DNA of 64,000 bases from positions 496,001 through 560,000 of the forward strand of contig JASVEC010000018.1 of assembly GCA_030770535.1 (NCBI GenBank), in the 5' to 3' direction. Of this stretch, positions 37,410 through 50,013 are shown piece after piece (the first letter of the stretch is position 1; each line of letters starts with the position of its first letter). A model generated the notes under the pieces. That model worked only from the letters and a program-made list of their open reading frames with translations, was not told the DNA's origin and searched no databases. This DNA is from Batkoa obscura (Eukaryota). The position numbers and the translations under genes are program-made.

Positions 37410-38729
37410 CTAAGCTTTTCTAAAAGCCTTGGATTTTGAGAATTTAATACCGTTTCCACGCTTTAAACCTTTAGGTCCTTTTCCATTAAAATCCTTATTT
37501 GGGGAGTGCAATTCTTTACCATTGCATACTATTTTCATTTTTAATAAATCATCTTGGAGTGCATAAGTAGAACTCAATTCAACTTCGCTTAATGGCTCAG
37601 CTTTTAAAGTTGCTTCAACATCTTCTTCATCTGTAGATTTTAATTTATAGCCTAATTTTCTTTTGACAGAATTGAAGTTTTGCATAGCTACCTCAGTATC
37701 ACGATCTTCATGTAATATGATATAAATCTTTTTTGGGCTATTGTCATCAGAAATATTTTTTCCAAATACAATATAGTTAATTCCAGATATAGTTTCATAA
37801 AAAAGCTTAATAGCTGGATCAAAATCGAGATGTCCAGTGACTCCAGTGATTTGAAACATGTTTTTTCTGTTCAACCCATCTATTGTCCATGATTCAAAAC
37901 CTGAATAGGTGTCTGCTACTTTACTTTTTGCTTCGTGTTGCTTACTAAAAGCTATATTAATTTTTTATTACATATAAATCAAAAAATATTACCGTGTCAA
38001 TATTTGTAACTTTATATTTTTGAATTTGAGATCCCTTTGTTTATAATATTCATGAAACTTATCAGCATACTTTTTTCCAATAAATTCAATATAGACAGAA
38101 CCCTAAACCTAAAGTTAATAAACTGAAAAAATGAATAAAAAGCAAACTACCTTAAACCCTCTGGTATTAGTCTTTTTATTAAAATACGTACGCAAATCAA
38201 CTCTTGCAATTTGCTCCTCTGGGAGAGCATCTTCGTTATCTGAACCAACTTCTTTAATCTTTTCAGCCATGAATTCATGAAGCTCTTCTGCTAATTGAGA
38301 ATACTCTGATTTATCAAAACCTCTTAAATAAATACTACGGTCAATAATTTCATCTAAATCAACCTCCAAATCAAACTTTGTGACAGGGCCTATTTTCTCG
38401 TCTTTTACTTCTAGTGTCTTAGATTCCTTCAATGCTTCCAATACTAAGTCCTTATATGGCTGGTATTTCTTTACTTTTTTAAAGCTTAAGATTTTGTCAA
38501 CATCAACTTTAAAATCTGGGTCATTAGTAATAGCGTTCTTTAAGTATTTGTCTCTGGGTAAGTTATACTTTGAAAAGTAGAACTCGAATTGTTTAACTAC
38601 ATCAACTTTCAAATTAGCTAACTCTTGCTCGCTTAACTCTTTGGCTTTGCTTTCAATAATGGGCGTTTCTTGTTCTCTCAATTCCTGAACTTTGAGTTCA
38701 ACAGTAGATTTATCTTGTACTTCGCTCAT
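37410..38729 (-). CDS. LHP1: La-family RNA-binding protein (La motif, RRM1, putative C-terminal RRM2), two introns
   Basis: La motif QFEFYFSKYNLPRDKYL; RRM1 RSIYLRGF and spliced GFK|GSVYIEF; last exon RRM-like with a basic tail. Confidence 0.8.
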
Positions 38730-39373
38730 TTTGTTATAGGGTCTTTGTTAACTTGAAGCTTAAAGAAGGAAGTTGTTTTTTAATTTTTTTAATTTAGTGT
38801 TTTGTGTAAAAAAAAATTCAATTCTTTATGGGATAAAAATTAAGCAAATAAAAAGCTAACAAATTTGAATCCCTTAAGGTCTGAATTCAAATCATTTTTC
38901 AGTCTAATATTAAACAGTTTTTAGCTTGTAAATACTTCAGTCAACTTGAAATTTCTTCCATAAAGAAGTATAATTCATCTTGTAATTTCATTACCTAAAG
39001 GTATAATTTATAAAAAAGTTCCAAATTTGCTGAAAAATATTTAAATTTTTGAAATCTATTATAAAATTAAACTTAATAGCTGGATAAGTAAAAATAAAAT
39101 CATTACATTTTATGAATCTATTAACCTATTTAAAAAACGTAAAAAAATTAATATTATACAAAAAAATTTATTAGTTGTAATTAAAATTATAATGTTTTTT
39201 AATTTTTATTTGGTTAAATTTAAAAAAGTTATGAATTTTTTTAAATAGGGTATATCTTTTAAAAGTTTTACTGATTTTTTAAAATTACACTTAAAAAGTG
39301 AAAAAAGTAATAAATTAAAAAACTTATCAACATAATAACTTGGGGCTTTTTTAATTGAATTATTCCATAATAT

Positions 39374-39472
39374 GGGGATGTTTTTTTTGGTTTCACTACT
39401 TTTTCCATTTTTTAAGCCCTATTTGAACGGAAATTTTTTTAGTAAAATTCTTAAACAGAAAAACACATCCCC
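39374..39472 (+). mobile_element. ~100-bp MITE copy
   Basis: GGGGATG...ACATCCCC termini; ATAT on both flanks. Confidence 0.9.
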
Positions 39473-39489
39473 ATATCGTACCTTCAATA

Positions 39490-39676
39490 AAGCCACTAAA
39501 TTTTCCTGATAAGTGTTTTATGTAGATTTTACGTAGATTTTACAGTAGTATTGTCTATTATGTTTGTATTACATAGTTCATAGCCTATTATGTGCTATTC
39601 TTCACAATTCAAGCCTATCTTAGTTACATAAACTAAGACCTTTTAACTTCAACCATTGAGTAACCAGACTTCACAC
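39490..39676 (-). repeat. Second copy of the ~180-bp dispersed repeat
   Basis: Reverse complement aligns with 5646-5822. Confidence 0.7.
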
Positions 39677-39832
39677 TTATATTACTTTTTTTATTAAAGG
39701 ATTTTCTATCTTTGTTTTAGCTTCTATTAGTGTATTTGTTTTATTTTTAAACAGCTTTTTTCTAACTGTGTACTAGGTATATATATCATGTAAATCTTTT
39801 TTTACCATATTTTTAAATTACTTAGTATATAT

Positions 39833-40034
39833 GGGGATGTATTTTTTTGCTTAAGAATTTTAGTAACAATCTTTCCGCTCAAGCAGCGCTTAAAAAATGG
39901 AAAAAGTAATGAAATCAAGAAAAACATCCCCATATGAGGGTGTTATTTTTGTGTTTAATAATTTTACTACCAATTTTTTCACTCAAATAGGGCTTAAAAA
40001 ATGGAAAAAATAATGAAGTCAAAAAAACACTCTC
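39833..40034 (-). mobile_element. Tandem MITE dimer (39833-39931 and 39936-40034) sharing one ATAT
   Basis: ATAT-[copy]-ATAT-[copy]-ATAT read directly. Confidence 0.9.
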
Positions 40035-42553
40035 ATATCATTAATTTTACCTTATTTCATAAAAAAATAAATATATCCGTTTTTTTTTAACTTTTTTGTT
40101 TATTGATATAGCTTTTCGACTTGCTGGCTTTTAGTTCTCATTTGAGCTTTTATACTATCAAGCTTCCTTATTATTTTTGTACAAATCGGCAAAAAAACCT
40201 TATTAGTTGAATTTTATTTTATTATCAAACCCTACCAATTATGTAAACTCAAATAACTGTTTTACCTTTTTAAACATTTATCTCACTTTTATATTCCACT
40301 TTATAGTTATACAAATATCAATTATAAAAAATAATTATTGCTTTGATAAAATATCATTAATATGGATAATGGCTTTGTTTTCCTAAAAATGAATTATTTA
40401 AAAAAATAGACATAATTTAACAAAAAAAACATGCTGTTTCTTATTTCAAATACATTAGTAGGTAAAATCAAAATTAGAAATGATTATAATCAAGCTATTA
40501 TTCATTTTTAAAATAATCAATGGTACTGTGTTTGCTTTTTTCAATATTTTTGGTATTTTTCAACTTTTTTTCTTCCTTAACACTTTATAACTTTTCAACT
40601 TTAACTCTTTCTATGGAACTTTTCCTTTTGTTATTTTTTGTCTTTGTTAGCATTCATCTACCTTCATCTTTTGCCTGAATATAAGATCTTTCCTTTACAA
40701 ACTCTTCTTTTTCTCTTTGTGTTCCTCAACCTTTTTTTGGACTATTGATTTTTTTTATTACTCCTATCCGTTTTTTATCATCTAACTTTAACTGCTTACA
40801 ATCTTTAATGAAGCCCTTACTCTTATTTATCGAATTCGTTTTACTTTGGCCCACCACTCTTAGGAAAAATAAGGTTGATTAAATTTTGAGCTTTTTTTGC
40901 AATCCTTTTTCTTGGTTGTTAGCACAATCTAAATACTGGGTCTGCAAATAACTATTGCTATTAATTGAAGCAAGGCTGAGCTATCGATAAAGAAGTTGAG
41001 TCGTAGCTAATAACGAATACAATTGCAATATTTATTTATCTGGTTTGCCTCATAAGTGGGATTTATTTTACTACTTTTTTGTGGGTTTGGGCATCAAGGA
41101 GGCGCTCTGGGTAACTTATCAGATGAAACGACTAAACTTAAATGATTAGGAGAACGGTAATAATAATAGCTACCTTATCTGAAGCAAAAGGTTGATAAGC
41201 ATCATATTTTACTTATGGCAAGAATATTTAGTACCTAAATTTTCACTTAGTCTCTTTGTAAGTTGTGTTGGTTTAATATCACCCTATAAATTAATAAATA
41301 AATGTTTGTTAATCAGTTTATTCTAATTAGTTCATTTATGACTTACCCGATCATACCATTAATCCAAATATGATACTGTTGTATAAATAAAATATTTGAA
41401 AATAAATTCATCTTTTTCTACCAACAAAGCATAATGATTCTCTGAATTTAACTTTGAAAATTTTGCACGTCGCCTAAGCACACAGGTAACAAATAGGCGC
41501 ACTTCCGCTACACTGACATTCAAAAAATAACTAATATCACTCTTTCCTTTTTGTTTTCTATGTTATCAAAGCTTACTCAAAAGATAAAAATAACTTTTAG
41601 TAAATTTGTATTGACGTACATGTCATTAAACAATCAAACTTTTATTACTTTGAAATTATTTGTGAAGTTCTCCAAGCTTCCTGATAATCTTTTCATTAAC
41701 CTTTTTACTGCTATTTATGTGCATTAATCCTACCTTCGTTATTACCGACATTAAAGTCAGTAGCGCCCCCTTTCATACTCGAGTAAAAGCTAGCCAGCAG
41801 TTGAGGATTTATCAGCCACACTTCAGCACACACTGATTTTGATTTTTTCAGATGGGTTGTCAAATTTAAATGAACCTATTAGACAATTACAAAGCTCCTT
41901 TCATCTTTAGTAGAAAATTAAGTTATTGTTTGCATGATAAAGTTTGTTTTATTAAAGGCAGAAAATGGAGTGGTTATTGGTATTATTTTACACCCTTGTT
42001 GTTATGGATTTGCCCAAAAGAGGAATTATAAAACTTGATAACACGTGCTATATAAAAATCATAAAAACTACAATCATAAATTTTTAAAGTTTAATCAAAT
42101 GGAGAGAGAAAAAGAGGTAAAAGGAGTAATAAGAAATGAAAATAGCTACTAATAATTTAGTTCATCAAAGATAATATGGATATATCAGAAGAAATTCTAA
42201 AAGTGTGTAAAAACCATGCTCAGTTGGAAAGTAATTTAAATAGAACAAAAACTTTATTGTTAAGAATTAAAGCTACCAATGCCGATGTTCATACAAAGTA
42301 AATACATATTTCATTGGTTTTATATTATTAATTTATTTTAGTAATGATGATATCTTAAAATCGTAAATTAATTACATTAATACACTATAAATCTTTTAAT
42401 TTTTAAAAATAGATTAAAAACGTTAAATTATTTGAATGAACAATTAAATATGGAAGAAATAATAAAGAATTCTACTACAAACTAATAAACTAGTTTTATA
42501 TATTACTTTTTTAAGTCGATTTATAACAATCTAAATATGACATACTTTTTTAT

Positions 42554-43507
42554 TTAATTTGAAAACGCTGGTTTAATGGATAGGAAGAGGTTAATGATCC
42601 AAACCTTGACCCTTTTAAACGCTGGATTGTTCCATGCATATTTCTTCGCTAAAATTATAAACATCACAAAGGCTATCAAGGAATAATGTGCTTTATTTAT
42701 ATTTTTAATATAATGCAGCCAATTTCTTACTACTTTGACTTCGCCTTTTTCTGGTGGAATGGGCTTTATTTCTTCATTAACGAAGGTAGTTGAACTAGCT
42801 ACACTCTGATTTTCGTAATGATGATTTGCTGCTTCAATGCACTGCATTATGTCTTGTTTTGTGCTAATTGTCAATATATCATCTTTACCTAATAACTCTG
42901 GGATCTGCTTTTGTTTTCCTAATCCTATTAAACAATGACAATAAAATAAATCCATAATTGAAGTGTAATTTTTTATATATTCTTCATCCATTAACAAGTC
43001 TTTGGGTATGTTTTGTTTATATTCCATTATAAAGTCATACAACACTTTATATTGGTGCTTATGAATAGCAACGAGTGATACTCCTAACATGATATCCATA
43101 GGCTTAGAATATGGGGATGGATAAAAAGTAAGATTAAATAGTTTAATAAAATCCAAAATAGTCTTGTCCATGTTTAATATTAATATCTTCAATTTGAACA
43201 TAGCGTCGTCTGATAAGTCCATCTTTAAGTCGTATTCCTTCTCTTTAGCTTCAGAGTCTACCTTAGTAATAATATTTAACAATAAGGACCATAAATTTCC
43301 GAATAGTAGGAAATGGTTTTTAACCTCTTGCTGAATAGGTTGGGAATAGAACTCTTGTAGTAGCCATTGCTGTTCATCAATTGGAGATTTTAGAGCTAGT
43401 ATTTTCATTATCATCGATATACTTCCTTGCCATACCAAATCATATTCCTTTAATAAAAATAATTCACTTAAAATGTCATATTCCTGTACTAAATCATTGA
43501 TCTCCAT
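42554..43507 (-). CDS. Tail-anchored helical protein, possibly PEX26-like peroxin
   Basis: Intact 317-aa ORF; single C-terminal hydrophobic segment YSLIAFVMFIILA followed by a basic tail; segment YTSIMDLFYCHCL recalls PEX26; family call is tentative. Confidence 0.5.
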   Translation of the reverse strand: MEINDLVQEYDILSELFLLKEYDLVWQGSISMIMKILALKSPIDEQQWLLQEFYSQPIQQEVKNHFLLFGNLWSLLLNIITKVDSEAKEKEYDLKMDLSDDAMFKLKILILNMDKTILDFIKLFNLTFYPSPYSKPMDIMLGVSLVAIHKHQYKVLYDFIMEYKQNIPKDLLMDEEYIKNYTSIMDLFYCHCLIGLGKQKQIPELLGKDDILTISTKQDIMQCIEAANHHYENQSVASSTTFVNEEIKPIPPEKGEVKVVRNWLHYIKNINKAHYSLIAFVMFIILAKKYAWNNPAFKRVKVWIINLFLSIKPAFSN

Positions 43508-43680
43508 TATTAAATATAAAAGCTAAATGTTTATTTTTATTTCTAAATTATATAGATTTCACAATTTAATGCCATGATAAGTTATAGACTGGTTACTGAT
43601 ACCGAACAAATTAAACATTGCAAAATTAATTGCATAAAATAAAGCTTGAATTTTAATTAAAATCATTTTATCAAATTTAG

Positions 43681-44475
43681 ATGGACCCAAATAAACATGA
43701 AGCTGAACCAGAGCCAATAAAGAGTTTGAAGCACTTACAAGAGGTGTTAGAGACTCTAAAATTTTCAAGAATATCCACAGACTATGTTATAAACCCAAAA
43801 AAATATGGTGGTGGGAAAAAAATATTGACTCAAAAAGAAAAGGATATTTCCGACATCTTTAAAGTTACTATTAAGAAGGAACTAAATTGGGAGCTAAACG
43901 AAATCCTTAGAGGTATCACCAATTGTATTGAAGATGTCATCAATTGCTCAGAGGTTTGAATTATTGTTTTGATTAGATATTTAATTAACATTTTAGATCG
44001 AAAACAAAAACCGGTATATAATTCAAAAAGAAAAATTTCAAATAAATAGTCGAGCTGTGAGCTTGGTAAGCTATGATTAAAATCCGGTTTTTCATCTCAT
44101 TTTTTATTTCAGAATAGAAACGTAGAAAGACTACTGACATTAACTTATAAAATGAAAAGAGGTTTACTACTAAAGCATAGTTATCAGCTAAAAGTACCTG
44201 TTGTTGAAGATGGAGACGCCACCTATAAAAGGGTAGAAGAGCCAGAAGATAAGAAAGAGTATCCAGATAAAGCAGCAAAAGAAGCAGCAAAAAAAGACTT
44301 TGAAAGGATTAGAAATAATAATATTAGAAAAGAAGAACTTGCAAGAAAAGAAAGGGATCTTAAAAGAGAAGAAGCAAGGATTATTCCCAGTATCAAAAAT
44401 TCTAAAGTTTTCCATCCTTATGCTGCTAGAAGGATAAGAACGCTACATTGTTTCTTTCCTGACTATCAAAGTTGA
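43681..44475 (+). CDS. Hypothetical charged protein, likely three exons
   Basis: ORFs 43681 and 44152 can be joined through GT-AG introns near 43954-43996 and 44066-44112. Confidence 0.5.
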
Positions 44476-44742
44476 AGCGATATTTAAAATAATAAAATAG
44501 CATTTTAAAACTAGCTACATTAATTTTATATTTTTAATAAAACATATGAAGCTGATAAATCATAATTGTTAAAGTGATTTTTAGTGATCTTTTCAAGAAA
44601 CCATCATTCATTCTTGAGAAAACCATCTCATGTATACAATTTTATATCAGATATTTTGGCAATTTGGTATAATTTCTATTGGTTAAAAATAAAATATCAC
44701 TTTAGAACTTACAGATAATGAACCTTTAATATCTTTTTTAAA

Positions 44743-45427
44743 ATGAATAACTTTACATTTTTAAAAAAAGAAAGAGAAACGCGTGACATAATAGATGATA
44801 TCAACGAAATAGTAACAAACTTAAGTGGTGATACTGATAAACAAAAAAATATGTACATTGAGAACAGTACGGATATATTGCAGGTAAAATTATTTGTTAT
44901 TCATAAATTGACTAAATATATTAGAGTGAAAATTTGACCGACATTCTAAACTCAATACCCAGTTTACAAATTGAAGATATAAATAGAGTTAGTAATCTCA
45001 ACGTTAATGAAAACTGGAAAGAGCAGTTAAATGAATTATCAGAAACAAGTAAATATGAATGTTTTGCTTAATTATAAAATAATCATTATAAATAGTTGAA
45101 ACAAGTACTTCAAAATTCAAAGAACTTGAACTAAAGATATCGTTATTAAAGGTAATTATACTATAATGTGAGATTATCAAATTAAAATTAATGATGTAGA
45201 ATATAACCCCTAACAATAAAAGTGAAAATTACTCCATGTTCAAAACGATAACTAGTTTTTTACCTAGGAAAGAAAAGGTCAATGAAGACCACGAACAACG
45301 AATTAAAGATAACTTCAAGAATGAATTAGAAATTGAGAAATTAAAATATTTAGAAGAGCTGCAGTTTGAAAAAGACAGATATATTAACGCTTATGTAAGT
45401 CAACTCCAGAAAAGGTGGTATCAATAA
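44743..45427 (+). CDS. Hypothetical coiled-coil protein, multi-exon
   Basis: ORF pieces separated by short GT-AG introns (starting ~44884, ~44987, ~45152); heptad-like C-terminus. Confidence 0.45.
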
Positions 45428-47680
45428 ACATTTGAGACAAATTATAGGATAATATTTAGAATAGTAATTTTGAAAAGCATTTTTTAATTTTGATATTTTG
45501 ATATTTGGTACTAAATCATAATAAAAGCAAATCAATTAACAAGGCTAGATGAAACATAATTAACATGGCGTTTAGTAAACATCCAATAAAAAATGATAAG
45601 ATCATGGCTTAGAAACCTTAATTAAAAGTGGTTTTAGCTCTTAGCACTATATTGTATTTGGTAAGTTTTTTAAATAATTTGATTCAAAGACAGTTAATGC
45701 AACATTGATTGAAACCATATTGGATCCAACAGGTACTAACTTCTGCTATAGTTGATCCAGCTTCATTTTGAGTAGTATCGTTTTTATCCTAGATCCTCCT
45801 TTTAAAAAAGGGTCAGTTAATTACATAACCCTTCTTTCAAATATTCAAACATTTTGTTTTTATAAAAAGCAGCCAATTCATTAAAAGTGATCCATTCATC
45901 GTTGCCATCACCTTTTAACTTAATTTTCTTAGAGTTAAGATCAATGTTACTTTTTATATATTCAACACGCCTCTTTACTTTTTTCTTTTTCATAAGCAGG
46001 ATGAGATAAATTTCCGGTTTAACTATGATACTAAGGCAGTGACACTATATTTCCAACCAAGGATTACAACTTTCACTGTGTAATTAGCGATAGTAAACCA
46101 TGAACTGAGGATCAAGCTTATTAAATCATTTTATTCATTTAAAGAGTGATTTTCAGTTCAAGCAATAGCAGTTAAATAATCACATGAAGATTGCAAGCAT
46201 CTTTGCTTCTGAAGCATTCCTATCTGTCAATAACTTTGGTGCTGGAAAGCAAATATTCTCCCCGCAACTTAACAATACTAAATACCAACTATAAGCTAAA
46301 TAACTTACTAATACTATATTGTTGCTATAAGCCCCACAAATTCCTGATGGTATATATACTTGCACCCCAATTGATTGCCACAATATATATAATATGATTT
46401 TCATAATTGATTGGTAGTACGTAACTACTTCTGATTCCATAATTTGCTTTTGTTTTGATACAAGTGTTTAATAATTATTAGCTTATTTGATTTTGCTTTC
46501 TTTTTATTATTTTTTCGAAAATCGACTCAAACAGATTCCATAAAATGAGTTAATAAAGTATTCTATACTTTGTAACTACTATTTTTTGGTTTAGCCAACA
46601 CTTGAACCTTACTTCAAAGTTACTTTGCTCCTATTCCGATTAGCTTTCAATTTTGAAGGCACACCTTTAAGCAATTATTAAGGAACAAAGAATCAAAGAA
46701 TGTGAATTTCCTGTAGTACAAACATGTCTAAATGGTTCATAATAACAAACACGGTTAAGTATTTAATTCCCTTTTACGACTTAATGTACATAAACAAATA
46801 CTAATGTAAATTTAAAATATACTTTACTTTACACTACTTATCAGAATTATTCATAGATTTTTTTGACACAAGCGGCTTCGTTGGTGCTTTAAGCCTGATT
46901 ATTAGCTAAATTATATGATTCAATTTGTATTTGAATTATTCTTTCAACCTTCGAAATATAAGCACCACGAATGGTAGAAGTTTGCCTTTTAATATAAACT
47001 CTATTAGGATGTGGCTTCGATAATGAAGTACCTGCAGGCTTTTTAACTAGTTTTCTTAATCTAACTGTTTTTTATCATTTATAGTTTTATTTAATGATAA
47101 TTATCTTTTATTAATAAAGTTTGCTGCTTTTAGATGTTTAGCTTGATTTCCTATAATTTAATTTAACTTAGTACTATAGTTTGAGTTATCGTCTATATTA
47201 GACCAACTGTAACTACAAACGTTATTTGATCTACACATATTGGCTCGGTCCTAACCAACTTAGCTACTTCCATCCTTTTTATAAGGTTAAATATAATTAT
47301 TACTGTATCGATATAAGGCCCAATATAATCACTGATGTCACTTAAACTATCTGTACTATATAAAACTACATATGTATATTAATATTTGTTTTAACTTGGT
47401 TAGCCCTCAAAATACTAATATATATCAAATATAAAACACGCACAAATTATGCTATTGGACTCATTCTAATAATGCCTGATACATTTTCACGATATTATTC
47501 TACTTAAACTAGAATACTTCTACTTTTAATAAAATTGCTATTATTGTCATACATGTACTTGTAATTTGATTTTCATCATTCGTTTCCTATTGGTCAATAG
47601 CTTGTCATTTTAAATTGGCTAGTGAGATAGAATAAGTAAAAAGTAAAATTACTCTTCAGTCTTCTATAAAATTCAATAAA

Positions 47681-49867
47681 ATGGACAATACTAACAAACA
47701 AAGGTCACAAGAAAAGCAAAGCAATAATCCTTCAGCTGACCAAATAGAAAATGACTTCGACAAAAATATGTTTGACTTAAATAATATACCTGAAGAGTTG
47801 GAATTATTTATGAGTGGGGAAACTAATAATCCAGTAGTAAAAGCAGGAAATCAAAATGCTTATAATTCAGCGAATCCAGAGTCCAATGTAGGTAACAATT
47901 TGGATAACAATCCACCTAGCACCCATAATAATGTGAGCGATAAGTCCCAAGCTCCAAATCAAGAACAGCAACAATCACACATAATTTTTAATCCTTATCA
48001 AAGTATGAACCAAAATATGAACCAAAACCTGATGATGCAAAACATGAATAATTTACATAGCTACAATAACATAAATCCATATTATGCAAACCAAATTATG
48101 AACTCAGGATATGGCATAAATCCATTAGCTAATCAGCAAATGAATCAATTTACGCCCCCAATTCAAAATATACTGCCAAGGGCGAATAATTTTGTAAATT
48201 ACAATTCTAGGCCAAACAACGATTTTAAGCCTCAACCCAGGCCCAATGCTCAAACTAATAACATACAAAGCGAAAAGAAGAACAACAAGCCAGCTCCACA
48301 AAGTACTACAAGTACTACAGGTAAACTTTATTTAAATCAAAAAATTTATCTAAAATATTTTAAGCCAAACCAAGTGAAATTCAAAATTTTATGTCGGCTT
48401 TGCCTTTTGAGACGATGATAGCTATTAATGACTTAATAGCTAAATTCAGCAAGCAGATAATCGTTTTTGAAACTTTTGTTGATAAAGCACGAGAGGTATT
48501 AAAAGACAAATTTCCATTATTTGCAAGACTCATACCTGGACAACTAAAAAGGCCAAATCAAGCACAAAGTGAACCACAACCTTCCAACAACCATCCGATT
48601 CAAAGCACTAGTAAACCTTCTAATAATAAAAGTCAGGCTGTAAACAGTTCTAATAAGAAGTAAGAAGAAACCAATTCTTTAACTTTATATTTATTGTTTA
48701 TTTTAGACCTTACAAACCCGAAAATACACAGATTGCTCCAAATAAGATCCCTTATCCAACTAATATTAATTTTAATAGTCGCGTTAAACATTCTTATACA
48801 CCAGCAAAACCAAGTCCTTTAGCTGTTTATTCCTCAAATATACCGCCTAAAATTGCACCTTCTTCAAACCCAAATAAACCTGTTCAAACTATTCAGCCTG
48901 TTCACCCAAAACCTGCTATCAATCAAAGTGCAAAGTAAGCCAGTTTTTGAAGTAAAACTAATATCACTAACGCTTTAAATTAGCAACGATCGTAGATTTG
49001 ATTATGATTCTTTGACTGACGTCATGGGATCTGCTGGTGTTGATCTTCGTGAAGAAAGTGAAAACATACTAAAATCAACAAATTCACATTTAACAAGTTC
49101 CTATTTATATCAAACACAAACGAGTTATGGGACTAAAAGTACCTATACAGCTCCGAAATTATTAGTAGATAATAATGCTTTAAAAGCAAAAATACTTCCA
49201 ATTAGTAATTATTTTTATACTCACCTTTATTTAAAATTTATTTTATATTTTAGTGAAGCAATATGGTCTAACTAAAATTGATCCTCAAATTTATGAATTA
49301 ATATCATTAGCTACACAGCAAAGGTTGGAAGATTTAGTAAGAAAAATGATTTCAGTATCTCAACATCGTAGTCAAACTCAAAACTTACCTCCACCTCCTT
49401 ATAAAGACGGTAGACCAATGTTTAGAATAAAGGTAACCAACAATCCAAAGGAGGATTTAATTATATTACAAAATGAAGAGATAAGAGATGAAAAAAGGCT
49501 AAAGAGACATTTTGAAAGCTTGGAAAATAGTGAAGATCATAATTTGAAAGGAATTAAATTAAATAACGAAGACAGTTGTGAGAGAAAGATTGTCAATAAA
49601 GTTACTACTTACTCTTTCGATAAGACTGAGAAAGTATGGATGTGTGGAAGAAAGCCTGCGTTAACAAGTACTACTTTTTTAAAAAATGAGGATTTAAGTA
49701 TTACTCCTCAAAATGGAGATATAACAGGCGCAACAGAATCTATTGAAAATTCTAAGCAAAATGTAATTTCTATTATTGACGCCATTACTGTGCTTGAAAC
49801 CGATTTTTCAAAAAAAGGAGCCATTAAATCAAAAGTTGTAGAAAGGTTCCGAGCTAACTTGGATTAA
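47681..49867 (+). CDS. TAF4: TAF4-like TFIID subunit, diverged paralog, multi-exon
   Basis: N/Q-rich N-terminus; LTDVMGSAGVDLREE; histone fold ISLATQQRLEDLVRKMISVSQHR; C-terminal ISIIDAITVLE. Confidence 0.8.
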
Positions 49868-50013
49868 TCCCAGAAATTACAGGTTAACTTTAATATGATA
49901 ATTAGCTTTTAATTATTGTGGCCTTTAGCTTAATGTTTCTATTTATTAATAAAACTTATATTAAAGAATTAATATTATATATTGAATATTTTATTACAGT
50001 TTGAAATTTTAAT

